Shown here one piece after another: positions 28,019-36,845 of a DNA stretch of 59,642 nt. Every line of letters starts with the position of its first letter. The stretch's first letter is position 1. Source of the stretch: Candidatus Nanoarchaeia archaeon (lineage in GTDB: Archaea; Nanobdellota; Nanobdellia; UBA10117); NCBI GenBank assembly GCA_049969975.1, contig JBMFNW010000002.1, positions 1 to 59,642 on the forward strand, in the 5' to 3' direction. A program made the position numbers and the translations under genes. The notes under the pieces are model-generated. The model searched no databases and was not told where the DNA came from. It saw only the letters and a program-made list of their open reading frames with translations.

Positions 28019-28477
28019 TTATCTTCCCACTAATTGTGCAACGAGTGCAATTATGAAACCGATAAAGCCTATTAACAGCATACCAATGCCAGATGCTTTT
28101 ATAATTGTTTGCAGCTCCTCTTTACTTGGTTTTTTGGCAACTCGCAGCACTCTGCCATACTCTTGAAGTTTTGCTTTCAAAGCACTAAATGAAAGTTTTG
28201 AAGGTTTTGGTAATTTTAGATTTAGTTTTGTTAGATTTAGCTTTGGTAAATTTACTATTGGCTTTTTTTCAACATCTTTTTTTTCAGCCTCTTCTGTTTT
28301 TGTTTCTATTTCTGTTTTTTGATTTGAAATTTCAGAAGTTTCAGAAGTTTGTATTTCTGGCGTAGTTTCTTTTATTTCTTCGGTTTCTTTTATTTCTTTA
28401 GTTTCTGCTTGATTTTGATTATTATTTTGATTATTATTTAAATTTTTATCTAAATTTTGCTTTTGTTCAAATTCCAT
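28019..28477 (-). CDS. secE: preprotein translocase subunit SecE (Sec61 gamma) with ~90-aa low-complexity N-terminal extension
   Basis: The C-terminal 60 aa (LQEYGRVLRVAKKPSKEELQTIIKASGIGMLLIGFIGFIIALVAQLV) are canonical SecE. The N-terminus is rich in N, Q, E, T and K with short repeats. A TATA-like CTTTTTAAAC lies about 25 nt upstream of the ATG. Confidence 0.8.
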   Translation of the reverse strand: MEFEQKQNLDKNLNNNQNNNQNQAETKEIKETEEIKETTPEIQTSETSEISNQKTEIETKTEEAEKKDVEKKPIVNLPKLNLTKLNLKLPKPSKLSFSALKAKLQEYGRVLRVAKKPSKEELQTIIKASGIGMLLIGFIGFIIALVAQLVGR

Positions 28478-28525
28478 AGAAAAATCAAACCAAAGCAGTT
28501 TAAAAAGTTTTTTGCAGACTTCAAT

Positions 28526-29614
28526 TTAATCTACAAATTCTATTCCCAATGTGTTTGCCAAATCTTCTTTTCTTTTATTTAAAAACGATTTTTGTGGCCC
28601 AAAAATTTGTGGGCTTTTTACACCAGTTATAACCAGCATTGCTCTTATTGAATTTTGTAATTCCGGAGCAATTTGAGCACCCCATATAACTGTAGCTTTT
28701 TCATCTAGTTTGCTGCTTACTGCTTCTACCACTTGCTTTGCCTCAGCAAGCGTCATGCTTGGGCCACCACAAACATTTATTAGCGCACCATTTGCACCAG
28801 CAATTTCAACATCTAGTAGCGGATTTTTAATAGCTTTTTCAACAGCTTCAACAGCTCTGTTTTCTGTGTCAGATTCTCCAACACCAATCATTGCAATTCC
28901 ACCACTAGACATAACTGTTTTAACATCTGCAAAGTCCAAATTTATTAAACCTGGTTTTGTTATTAGTTCTGTTATGCCTTTAACAGCATTTGTTAAGATT
29001 TCATCAGCAACTTTAAACGCAGTAGAGAGTGGTAAATCTGGTGCTAATTCTAAAAGTTTATCATTTGGGATTACTATTAAAGTATCTGCAAAATCTTCTA
29101 ACTTTTCTAATCCGTGAAGCGCATTTTCAAATCTTTTATGTTGTTCCATTGTAAATGGTAAAGTTACAATTGCTACTGTTAAAATACCTAATTTTTTAGA
29201 AATTTCTGCAACTACCGGCGCCCCTCCAGTACCAGTGCCTCCACCAAGTCCACATGTAATAAAAACCATGTGTGCATCTCGAAGCGCTTCTTTAATTTCA
29301 GATTCAGATTCTTTTGCAGCATCTTCCCCGATTTTTGGATCGCTGCCAGCGCCGAGCCCACCTGTTAGCTCTTTTCCAATAAGAATTTTTTTATCAGCAA
29401 TTGTTGCAAGCAAATCTTGTGCATCTGTATTGATAGCAATAGTTTCTGCTCCAACAATACCTATTTCTGCAATTCTGTTAAGCGTGTTGTTTCCTGCCCC
29501 TCCTACACCAACTACTTTAATTCTTGCTTTTTTGGCAGAAAAAATTTTTTCAAGTTCTTCATCAATAGGGGATGTAGTATGTTCACGTTTAATTGTTTGT
29601 GGTATGTAAGCCAT
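28526..29614 (-). CDS. ftsZ: cell division GTPase FtsZ
   Basis: GVGGAGNN and the GLGGGTGTGGAPV tubulin signature. GGTGAGGT SD. Confidence 0.95.
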   Translation of the reverse strand: MAYIPQTIKREHTTSPIDEELEKIFSAKKARIKVVGVGGAGNNTLNRIAEIGIVGAETIAINTDAQDLLATIADKKILIGKELTGGLGAGSDPKIGEDAAKESESEIKEALRDAHMVFITCGLGGGTGTGGAPVVAEISKKLGILTVAIVTLPFTMEQHKRFENALHGLEKLEDFADTLIVIPNDKLLELAPDLPLSTAFKVADEILTNAVKGITELITKPGLINLDFADVKTVMSSGGIAMIGVGESDTENRAVEAVEKAIKNPLLDVEIAGANGALINVCGGPSMTLAEAKQVVEAVSSKLDEKATVIWGAQIAPELQNSIRAMLVITGVKSPQIFGPQKSFLNKRKEDLANTLGIEFVD

Positions 29615-29695
29615 TTTTTACCTCACCACTGACTAATAATAATTACAACCATTTTTAAATTTTTGTTTTGAAAATAAAACAACACTAATTTGTTT

Positions 29696-30355
29696 TTAAT
29701 CTTTACTTTCAGTTTTAGCTTTAAACAAAATTTCTTTTTGTTCCAGTTCTGGTATAAATTCTTTAAGCCTTTTAATTTTTAAATTTTCTATGTTTTTTTC
29801 TATGTTTTTAGGCAATGCTTTTTTAACCAAAATTTCTATTTTGCTCTCTGAAAAGTTTATTTCTTCACTTTCAGGTATTAATGCACGAATTTTATCTTGT
29901 ACATTTTCTATTTTTTTAAGAATGTTTATTTTAAATTTTAAGGTTTTGCCAGCTAATGGGTGGTTGAAATCAACTATAACACGCCCACCATTTACACTTC
30001 TTACAGTTGCTAGCAATCCATCAATATTAATTTGTAAGCCAGGTATTGGATTGATATTGTTTTGAGAAAACTTACTAAGAGGTACGAGCTGTACAAGCCT
30101 CGGATCTCGTATGCCATATGCTTGCTCAGGCTTTAGCTCAATTTCAAATTGCTGGCCAACTTCTTTTCCTTCAATGTTTTTTTCAAGTTCTGGCAAAAGC
30201 TGTCCAGCTCCAAGGCATATTGTGCTTTTTTCTTCCATAAAGATTTGTTCAGTAGGCAAGACTTTACCAATAAGTTCAAGTTCAACAAAGTCTTTTTTAG
30301 CTAACATAAATTTTTTGAGAAAGTTTTGCTTTTTAAGCTTTTTTAGCTTTTGCAA
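29696..30355 (-). CDS. FKBP-type peptidyl-prolyl cis-trans isomerase (SlyD-like with IF insert and C-terminal extension)
   Basis: The motif is VDFNHPLAGKTLKFKINIL, with an insert-in-flap segment. The start may instead be the internal Met at 30307. Confidence 0.8.
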   Translation of the reverse strand: MQKLKKLKKQNFLKKFMLAKKDFVELELIGKVLPTEQIFMEEKSTICLGAGQLLPELEKNIEGKEVGQQFEIELKPEQAYGIRDPRLVQLVPLSKFSQNNINPIPGLQINIDGLLATVRSVNGGRVIVDFNHPLAGKTLKFKINILKKIENVQDKIRALIPESEEINFSESKIEILVKKALPKNIEKNIENLKIKRLKEFIPELEQKEILFKAKTESKD

Positions 30356-30358
30356 ATT

Positions 30359-30790
30359 TTAAAAAAATGTTGTGAGAATTTTTTCACCGTCAGATTCATT
30401 TATAGGTAGAAAATTTACTGCAGCAGATAGTGCAGATATAATGAAACACATTTTAAGGCAAAGTCTTACAAGTTTTCTTTTTTTTGGTGCAAAGCAGTAT
30501 GCTATTCCAAAAGCAAGTGCAAAAATAGCATTAACTAGCGGACCAGCAAGCGCAATTAAACCATCTATGATTTTATTTTCACTAACTTTATTGTATGTTA
30601 CATAAAAGTTTTGGTTTGTAAAGCTAAAACCAGTACCCATACCATTATCAAAAAGGTATAGTCTAGGCTCGAGGCCATAATGTTTTGCCACGAAAAAATG
30701 TCCTAGTTCATGAAATATAATGTTAGCATAAAAAACACTAATTACAACTAGGCCAAGCATTGCTCCAATATAAAATGCTTTTCTAGCCAT
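30359..30790 (-). CDS. small membrane zinc metalloprotease, site-2 protease (M50)-like
   Basis: HELGH in a TM helix, LAGPLVN, and NFLP...SDGEKI (an NxxPxxxxDG-like motif). AGGTGG SD before the ATG at 30790. Confidence 0.7.
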   Translation of the reverse strand: MARKAFYIGAMLGLVVISVFYANIIFHELGHFFVAKHYGLEPRLYLFDNGMGTGFSFTNQNFYVTYNKVSENKIIDGLIALAGPLVNAIFALAFGIAYCFAPKKRKLVRLCLKMCFIISALSAAVNFLPINESDGEKILTTFF

Positions 30791-30947
30791 TTTGAACCAC
30801 CTATCACCACTTACCAATAGTATATTTTACAATATTAAAATACAAAACTAATATTTAAATCTTTCGATATTGATTAAAAATCAAAAAGCAAATTTTAAAA
30901 GTATAATTTTTAAAGCGTCTTTGTCTTTTCTATGAAAGAGGCAAAAA

Positions 30948-32675
30948 ATGAAAGCTATTTGGCACTTCGCGCTTGGTAAATTCAAGCCGTATAAAAAAGA
31001 ACTAGCAATTATTGCTACAATTGCAACTTTTGGTGCGCTGCTAGCTACAGCTGTTCCTTATATTTATGGCAGGCTTTTTGATGCAGCGCTTCTTCCTGCA
31101 ACTCCTTTAACTTTAATTGCCTTTCTCATTTTTAGTTGGCTTTCTCTTTCTTTAATTTCAGATGTTCTATCAAATCAAAGCAATGCAGAGGGCGGTGTTC
31201 TTGGTTATAAAGTTTCAACCGAAGCCGAAGTTTCAGCCTATGCCCATTGGCTTACTTTGCCCATAGCCTTTCATAAAAGAAAAAGGCTAGGTGAAATTTT
31301 AAGGCGAATCAATAGAGGAGCATGGGAATTTGAACAACTCACTAGAATGCTCTTTGAGTTGCTGCCTTATTTTTTAATTTTCATTTTTTCAGTCACAGCA
31401 ATGGCTGTAATTAGATGGCAGCTTTGCTTAATTCTTATTTTCTTTCTTGCTTTATATTTCTTAGTTACAGCCTTTAGCGTTAAACGAATAATCAAAATAA
31501 CTCAAGAAATGCAGAGATTGTGGGAGAAGCAATATGGCTTAGCTTATGATAGGCTTTTCAATGTTTTTCTAATTAAGAGTTTTGCAAAAGAACAAGAAGA
31601 AGCAGAACGCATAAAAGCACAACTTGTAGCAAAAACAATTGCGCCGTACAGAAAAATGCGTTTTGCATGGGCACAACTTGCAATCGCCCAAAGAATTATT
31701 TATAGCACGGCTTTTATTGCAGTGCTTGGTTTTGCAATTCTGTCCTTGCGTCTAGGAACTTTAACTCCTGGCCAGTTTATCATGTTTTTTGGTTACATTC
31801 ATCTTGCGTTTAGTCCTTTTTGGAGGCTTACCGAATTTTATAGAGCAGCAAAAGAAGCAAGTGTGGCATTAAAACGATTCAAAAAGCTACACGATATGGC
31901 GCCAGAGGCAGTGGCACACGGTAATAAAGAGTTGAAAGAAGTGAAAGGCAACATAGCTTTCAAAGATGTTACTTTTAGCTATTTAAAAGGTAAAAACATT
32001 CTTGAGAATATTAATCTCGAAGTCAAAGCAGGCGAGACAGTTGCTATAGTAGGTGAAAGTGGAGTAGGCAAGACTACACTTGTGGAGTTAATAGCAGGTT
32101 ACTATAAGCCCGAAAAAGGCCAAATAGAGCTAGACGGAATACCTATAACTGAGCTTAAACTAAAATGGTTAAGAGATCAAATAGCTTTAGTACCTCAAGA
32201 AATAAGTCTTTTTGACGATAGCATAGAAAATAATTTGAGATATGCAAAGCCTGGAGCAAGCAAAGAAGAGCTTGTTAAGGCCTGCAAGGCTGCTTTTGCT
32301 CACGAATTTATTATGAAGCTGCCGAAAGGTTATAAAACAATAGTTGGTGAACGTGGCGTAAAACTTTCAACTGGCCAAAAGCAGCGAATTGCAATAGCAA
32401 TGGCTTTTCTTAAAAATCCAAAAATTTTGATTCTTGATGAACCAACAGCAGCCCTAGATCCAGAGTCCGAACATAAGATTCAAGAAAGTCTAAGAAAACT
32501 CGTTTCAGGCAGAACAACATTTATCATCGCGCATAGACTTTCTACAGTTAGAAAAGCGGATAAAATTGTTGTGCTGCATAAAAAGCGAATTGTCGAGGTA
32601 GGCAAGCACGACGAGCTAATGGCAAAAAAAGGCATTTATTATAAATTTTATACTCTGCAAAGCGGGCTTGCATAA
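30948..32675 (+). CDS. ABC transporter, fused permease/ATPase (type I exporter, MsbA-like)
   Basis: Six-helix TMD followed by Walker A GESGVGKTT, the signature LSTGQKQR and Walker B ILILDEPT. Confidence 0.9.
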   Translation: MKAIWHFALGKFKPYKKELAIIATIATFGALLATAVPYIYGRLFDAALLPATPLTLIAFLIFSWLSLSLISDVLSNQSNAEGGVLGYKVSTEAEVSAYAHWLTLPIAFHKRKRLGEILRRINRGAWEFEQLTRMLFELLPYFLIFIFSVTAMAVIRWQLCLILIFFLALYFLVTAFSVKRIIKITQEMQRLWEKQYGLAYDRLFNVFLIKSFAKEQEEAERIKAQLVAKTIAPYRKMRFAWAQLAIAQRIIYSTAFIAVLGFAILSLRLGTLTPGQFIMFFGYIHLAFSPFWRLTEFYRAAKEASVALKRFKKLHDMAPEAVAHGNKELKEVKGNIAFKDVTFSYLKGKNILENINLEVKAGETVAIVGESGVGKTTLVELIAGYYKPEKGQIELDGIPITELKLKWLRDQIALVPQEISLFDDSIENNLRYAKPGASKEELVKACKAAFAHEFIMKLPKGYKTIVGERGVKLSTGQKQRIAIAMAFLKNPKILILDEPTAALDPESEHKIQESLRKLVSGRTTFIIAHRLSTVRKADKIVVLHKKRIVEVGKHDELMAKKGIYYKFYTLQSGLA

Positions 32676-32689
32676 ATATAGTGTGGAGT

Positions 32690-35413
32690 TTAATCGTTTT
32701 TTATTCTTGCTTTTATTAGTTTTCTAATTTCGCTTAAAATTAGTACTGTGCTACTCAGGCCAATAGCCATGGCTAAAAGATCTAAATTTAAGGATGTTGT
32801 ATGGAGCAAAGGCTGCAGCTTTGGCCAATATATTATAGTTAATTGAAGTACGAGAGAACTAAGAACTGCTAAGTTTAACCAAACATTTCTTTTTAAAGCA
32901 AATGCAGATTTATACTCAGATCTTGTATTATAAACATTAAATAGCTCAAATAATACAATTGTTGTAAATGCTGTACTTTGGGCTAAAAAGAGGCCTTTTG
33001 GCAAAGTGTAATAAAATATAAAAAGTGTGCCAAGAGTAATTATTGTTGATACAAAAGCAATTGTTTTTAACATCTCTTTGTCTATTGGCTTTTCTTCTTT
33101 TGGTCTTGGTTTCTCCCGCATTATGCCTGGCTCTGGCGGATCGATGCCTAAAGCCAATGCTGGCAAGCCGTCTGTAACTAAGTTTATCCAAAGCAAATGA
33201 ATGGCTAGAAGGGGGATTGGAAGGAAAAGCAAGCTAGCTCCAAAAATTACTGCAATTTCAGCAAAATTTGAAGAGAGCAAATAACGAAGAAATTTTTTAA
33301 TGTTTGAATAAATTGTTCTGCCCTCTTTTACAGCAGTAACAATTGTAGCAAAATTATCATCTTGAAGAATAAGCGCAGAAGCTTCTTTTGCTACATCAGT
33401 TCCTTTTAGCCCCATTGCAACACCTATATCTGCAGCTTTTAGCGCAGGAGCATCATTTACACCGTCTCCAGTCATTGCCACAATGTGCCCTTTTGCTTGA
33501 AGTGCGCGTACAATTCTTTGCTTATGTTCTGGACTAATTCGCGCATAAACTTCAACTTTTTCTACAATTTCTTCAAATTTTTTATCTGTTAAAGTATCTA
33601 ACATAGCACCATCTAAAATATTTTCAGTACTGAGGCCGAGTTCACGAGCTATTGCTTTTGCAGTCTCAATATGATCTCCAGTAACCATTATTACTTTTAT
33701 TCCAGCTTTCTTTGCTTCTGAGACCGCTTCTGCAACTTCTGGTCTGAGAGGATCTGAGAGGCCGGCCAAACCGAGCCAAATTAAATCTTGCTCGATACTT
33801 TTTGGAACAATTTTTTTGGGGAGCTCTTTTAGAGGCTTATATGCAAAGCCAAGCACTCTAAGGCCTGTTTTTGCAAATTCACTTACTTTGTCAAGAAGTT
33901 CTTTTTTGGTTTTGTTGTTAAGTGGCAAAATTTTTTCTTCAACAAGTTGCCATTTGCAACAATTTAGTAAAATGTCTGGTGCTCCTTTCGTTAGCACTAA
34001 AAAAGAATTTTTAAATTTGTGAATTGTCGACATACATTTTCTTTTAGCATCAAAAGAAAGTTCTGCAACTTGTGGTAGTTCGCGCATTAAGTTTTCTTTC
34101 CAAAAGCCCGCCTTTCCAGCCAAAGTTAATAGTGCACCTTCTGTTGGATCACCAACAATTTGCCAATCTTTATTTTTAACGAGTGTAGCATCGTTGCAAA
34201 GTACAGAAGTTTTTAAAAGTAAATTGCCTGAAATTGTTTTAGTGATATCAATTGGTTTGCCGTTTAGCAAGAATTGTCCTTTTGGCTCGTACCCAAAACC
34301 ACTTACATCAATGGAATTTTTATTTATGTATAATTTTCTAACAGTCATTTCATTTTTAGTTAGCGTGCCTGTTTTGTCTGTTGCAATGACTGTACAAGTG
34401 CCAAGAGTTTCTGCAGCGGGCAAGTAACGAATTATTGCTTTCTTTTTAGCCATTCGTGCTACGCCCAGTGCAAGCGTCATCGTAACAATTGCAGGCAAGC
34501 CCTCAGGTACTGCTGCAACAGCTAAAGCTATTGCAAGAAGTAAGCGATCATAGAATGGCATGCCGCGTAAAGAGCCTAACAAAAAGACAATGAAAGCAAT
34601 TATAATTGTAGCCAATCCTAAAGTTTTTGCTATAGAAGTAAGTTTTAACTGCAACGGGGTTTCTCTTTGCCCAGCTTCTGCAATTGCAGTTGAAATTTTA
34701 CCAACTTCTGTGTTTTGTCCAGTTGCATAGACAAGCCCCAAGCCTTTGCCGTAGCTTACAATTGTATTTGCAAAGACGCAATTTTTTCTTTCTGCAAGAG
34801 GTTGTGTAGAAGAAATTTTAGCAACACTTTTTAAAACAGGTACAGATTCGCCAGTGAGCAGAGATTCGTCAATTTTTAAATTCACTGCTTCGAGCAATCT
34901 GCAGTCCGCAGCAACTTTATCTCCGACATTAAGAACTAATACATCTCCAGGAACAATATCAGTGGAAAGTATTTTGATTGGTTTGCCGTCACGAAGCACT
35001 GTTGCATATGGTGTTGCTAATTTTTCAAGCATTTCAATAGCTTTTCCTGCACGATATTCTTGCACAAATCCTAAAATCGCATTAGCAATAATTATTGCAC
35101 CAATTAAACAAGCATCTAAGAAACTACCCAAAAAAATAGATGCTATTGCTGCAAAAATTAAAATGGCAATGAGAAGCGATTTAAATTGTCTAAGAAAAAT
35201 TAGTAATGTTGGTGTTTTTTTAGTTATTTGTATTTTGTTTGGACCAAATTTCTTTAATCTTTGCTCAGCTTCGGTGCTTGAAAGACCTTTTATATTGCTT
35301 TTTAATTTTTCAAGCGCTGTTGTAGTATCAAGTTTGTAAAATTCTAAATTTGTTAGGTTATTTTTATTTAAATTTATTAAATTATTTTTTATTAACTTAT
35401 TTTTGAGAGCCAT
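32690..35413 (-). CDS. P-type cation-transporting ATPase (type II, Ca2+-ATPase-like)
   Basis: TGES, DKTGTLT, KGAPD, MVTGD and TGDGVNDAPALK motifs. 907 aa with about 10 TM helices. Confidence 0.9.
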   Translation of the reverse strand: MALKNKLIKNNLINLNKNNLTNLEFYKLDTTTALEKLKSNIKGLSSTEAEQRLKKFGPNKIQITKKTPTLLIFLRQFKSLLIAILIFAAIASIFLGSFLDACLIGAIIIANAILGFVQEYRAGKAIEMLEKLATPYATVLRDGKPIKILSTDIVPGDVLVLNVGDKVAADCRLLEAVNLKIDESLLTGESVPVLKSVAKISSTQPLAERKNCVFANTIVSYGKGLGLVYATGQNTEVGKISTAIAEAGQRETPLQLKLTSIAKTLGLATIIIAFIVFLLGSLRGMPFYDRLLLAIALAVAAVPEGLPAIVTMTLALGVARMAKKKAIIRYLPAAETLGTCTVIATDKTGTLTKNEMTVRKLYINKNSIDVSGFGYEPKGQFLLNGKPIDITKTISGNLLLKTSVLCNDATLVKNKDWQIVGDPTEGALLTLAGKAGFWKENLMRELPQVAELSFDAKRKCMSTIHKFKNSFLVLTKGAPDILLNCCKWQLVEEKILPLNNKTKKELLDKVSEFAKTGLRVLGFAYKPLKELPKKIVPKSIEQDLIWLGLAGLSDPLRPEVAEAVSEAKKAGIKVIMVTGDHIETAKAIARELGLSTENILDGAMLDTLTDKKFEEIVEKVEVYARISPEHKQRIVRALQAKGHIVAMTGDGVNDAPALKAADIGVAMGLKGTDVAKEASALILQDDNFATIVTAVKEGRTIYSNIKKFLRYLLSSNFAEIAVIFGASLLFLPIPLLAIHLLWINLVTDGLPALALGIDPPEPGIMREKPRPKEEKPIDKEMLKTIAFVSTIITLGTLFIFYYTLPKGLFLAQSTAFTTIVLFELFNVYNTRSEYKSAFALKRNVWLNLAVLSSLVLQLTIIYWPKLQPLLHTTSLNLDLLAMAIGLSSTVLILSEIRKLIKARIKND

Positions 35414-35484
35414 ACATTATTAAGCCAATGTTATGGAGGAAGGGGCTTTTATAAGATGTATTTCTTAAGACATATAGTGGCCAT

Positions 35485-35762
35485 AAAGTGGCGGCACGCG
35501 TCGAAATGGACTTTTCTTACAACTAACTGTTTAACCTTGCAGCAAGCTCCACGCAGTGAAACTTTACAGCACAGCAAAACTAAGTTACCGCTGCTCCCTT
35601 CCGGGCCTGACGGGTTTCCTAGTCTTGCTGTCCGTAAAGGCTGCGCTTCGACGCTTGACAGCAAGACAGCAGCCGTAAGGAAAGCCGCTTCCGACGCTTC
35701 GCCTCGGGCTAAGGGACTTTCCCGTTACACCCGCTCCCTGGCCGGGCAGGCTAGCCGCCAAA
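35485..35762 (-). ncRNA. signal recognition particle RNA (archaeal 7S/SRP RNA)
   Basis: A sharp GC-rich island in AT-rich DNA. The reverse strand reads GGCGGCUAGCCUGCCCGGCC...GUCAGGCCCGGAAGGGAGCAGCGGUA...GUGCCGCC. It contains the conserved helix-8 motif, and the 5'/3' ends are complementary (GGCGGC/GCCGCC). The ends are approximate, within about 5 nt. Confidence 0.85.
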
Positions 35763-35780
35763 TAAATCTCCAATTCAAAG

Positions 35781-35788
35781 TTTAAAAG
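35781..35788 (-). promoter_or_regulatory. TATA-like box for the SRP RNA gene
   Basis: The reverse strand reads CTTTTAAAC about 26 nt upstream of the inferred SRP RNA 5' end. Confidence 0.35.
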
Positions 35789-35854
35789 ATTTTGCATGAC
35801 TTTTAATTTTGACACAGCAAATCTATACCCTAAGCGCTTAACATCAAAACAAAC

Positions 35855-35862
35855 TTTAAAAA
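35855..35862 (+). promoter_or_regulatory. TATA-like box for tRNA-Ser
   Basis: TTTAAAAA centred about 27 nt upstream of the tRNA 5' end. Confidence 0.35.
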
Positions 35863-35884
35863 GAATCTAAGCCAATTTTTAATT

Positions 35885-35970
35885 GCCGAGGTGGCCCAAC
35901 CTGGTACGGCGCAGGTTTGCTAAACCTGTTTCCCGCAAGGGATTTGTGGGTTCAAATCCCACCCTCGGCG
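35885..35970 (+). tRNA. tRNA-Ser (anticodon GCU)
   Basis: Hand-folded cloverleaf. Acceptor GCCGAGG/CCTCGGC. Anticodon arm CAGGT-TTGCTAA-ACCTG. Long variable arm. T arm GTGGG-TTCAAAT-CCCAC. Discriminator G. No encoded CCA. Confidence 0.9.
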
Positions 35971-35986
35971 CTACAGCGCCGAACAT

Positions 35987-36445
35987 ATGAAAATTTATTT
36001 GACTTGGGGAGTTGGCTATGGCAAGAGCAAAGCTCTTGCACAAACTAATGCGCAGCTACATGCTGTGTTAGACAAAATAAAAATAACAAAACTTGAAAAA
36101 TTAGAAGTTCAGGCTAGTGAAGTTTTAGAAGATAAAACAGAACTTAGCAAACTGAAAGGCTCTTTTCCAGGCATTGTACTGCAGAATTGTGCTAAAGGCG
36201 AAGTTGCAGCAGCACTATTTTTGTGTAAAGTTGGAGATAAAATTTTTATTGGTCACGGCAAAGCAGGAAGTTTGGCTAAAGCATACAAAAAAGCAAATTA
36301 TGAAGTGCTGCAGGCCGCAAAGGATAAAAATGTAGAACTAAGATGGAGCATTGGTGCGCATGCTCCTCCAAAAAAAGATACTTATGGCTGTGCAATTGTT
36401 GCACTAGTGTTGGTAAACAGTAGCATAAATAATAGCATAAAATAA
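35987..36445 (+). CDS. hypothetical protein, weakly pyruvoyl-dependent arginine decarboxylase (PdaD)-like
   Basis: 152 aa with an N-terminal L..GVG.G.....A......L pattern and a C-terminal GCAIVALVL, both reminiscent of PdaD. The canonical Ser-Ser self-cleavage pair is not evident. Confidence 0.3.
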   Translation: MKIYLTWGVGYGKSKALAQTNAQLHAVLDKIKITKLEKLEVQASEVLEDKTELSKLKGSFPGIVLQNCAKGEVAAALFLCKVGDKIFIGHGKAGSLAKAYKKANYEVLQAAKDKNVELRWSIGAHAPPKKDTYGCAIVALVLVNSSINNSIK

Positions 36446-36457
36446 TATATTTGGGCT

Positions 36458-36754
36458 ATGTCTAAACAAAGTTTAAAAGAAAAAAGTTTAAAGGAAGCTG
36501 CAAAAAAAGAACTTGCAAGAATGAAAGAAGTGTTTAGCAAATTGCATGTAGAAGATAAAAATTTGGCAAAAGAGTTTTACATTTTTGCCAAAAGCTATTT
36601 CGATGGCGGATTGTGGCTTTTTGAAAAGAAAAAATATTTAGAAGCATTTGAGTCTGCAATAATTGCCTGGTCTTATATAGATGCTGGGCTAAAACTAAAC
36701 TTTTTTAAAGTACCAGAAGAATTATCAAAATACTTCACATTTTCAACAAAATAA
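36458..36754 (+). CDS. DUF357-like small helical protein
   Basis: 98 aa. The A..Y..G..L.E...Y.EAF...I.AW.YIDAGL pattern resembles DUF357. Confidence 0.45.
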   Translation: MSKQSLKEKSLKEAAKKELARMKEVFSKLHVEDKNLAKEFYIFAKSYFDGGLWLFEKKKYLEAFESAIIAWSYIDAGLKLNFFKVPEELSKYFTFSTK

Positions 36755-36765
36755 ATGGATGCGAA

Positions 36766-36839
36766 GGGGCGGTAGCTCAGCCTGGGAGAGCACACGGCTG
36801 AAGACCGTGGTGTCGTGAGTTCAAATCTCACCCGCCCCA
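36766..36839 (+). tRNA. tRNA-Phe (anticodon GAA)
   Basis: Hand-folded cloverleaf. Acceptor GGGGCGG/CCGCCCC. D arm AGCTCAGCCTGGGAGAGC. Anticodon arm CACGG-CTGAAGA-CCGTG. T arm GTGAG-TTCAAAT-CTCAC. Discriminator A. Confidence 0.9.
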
Positions 36840-36845
36840 GGCTTT

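Noticed and set aside
35449-35815. Three ORFs (71, 109 and 76 aa) over the GC-rich island
   Set aside because: The region is an SRP RNA gene. The open frames arise from its high GC content and resulting lack of stop codons. The Arg/Ala/Ser/Pro-rich products are unlike the rest of the proteome.
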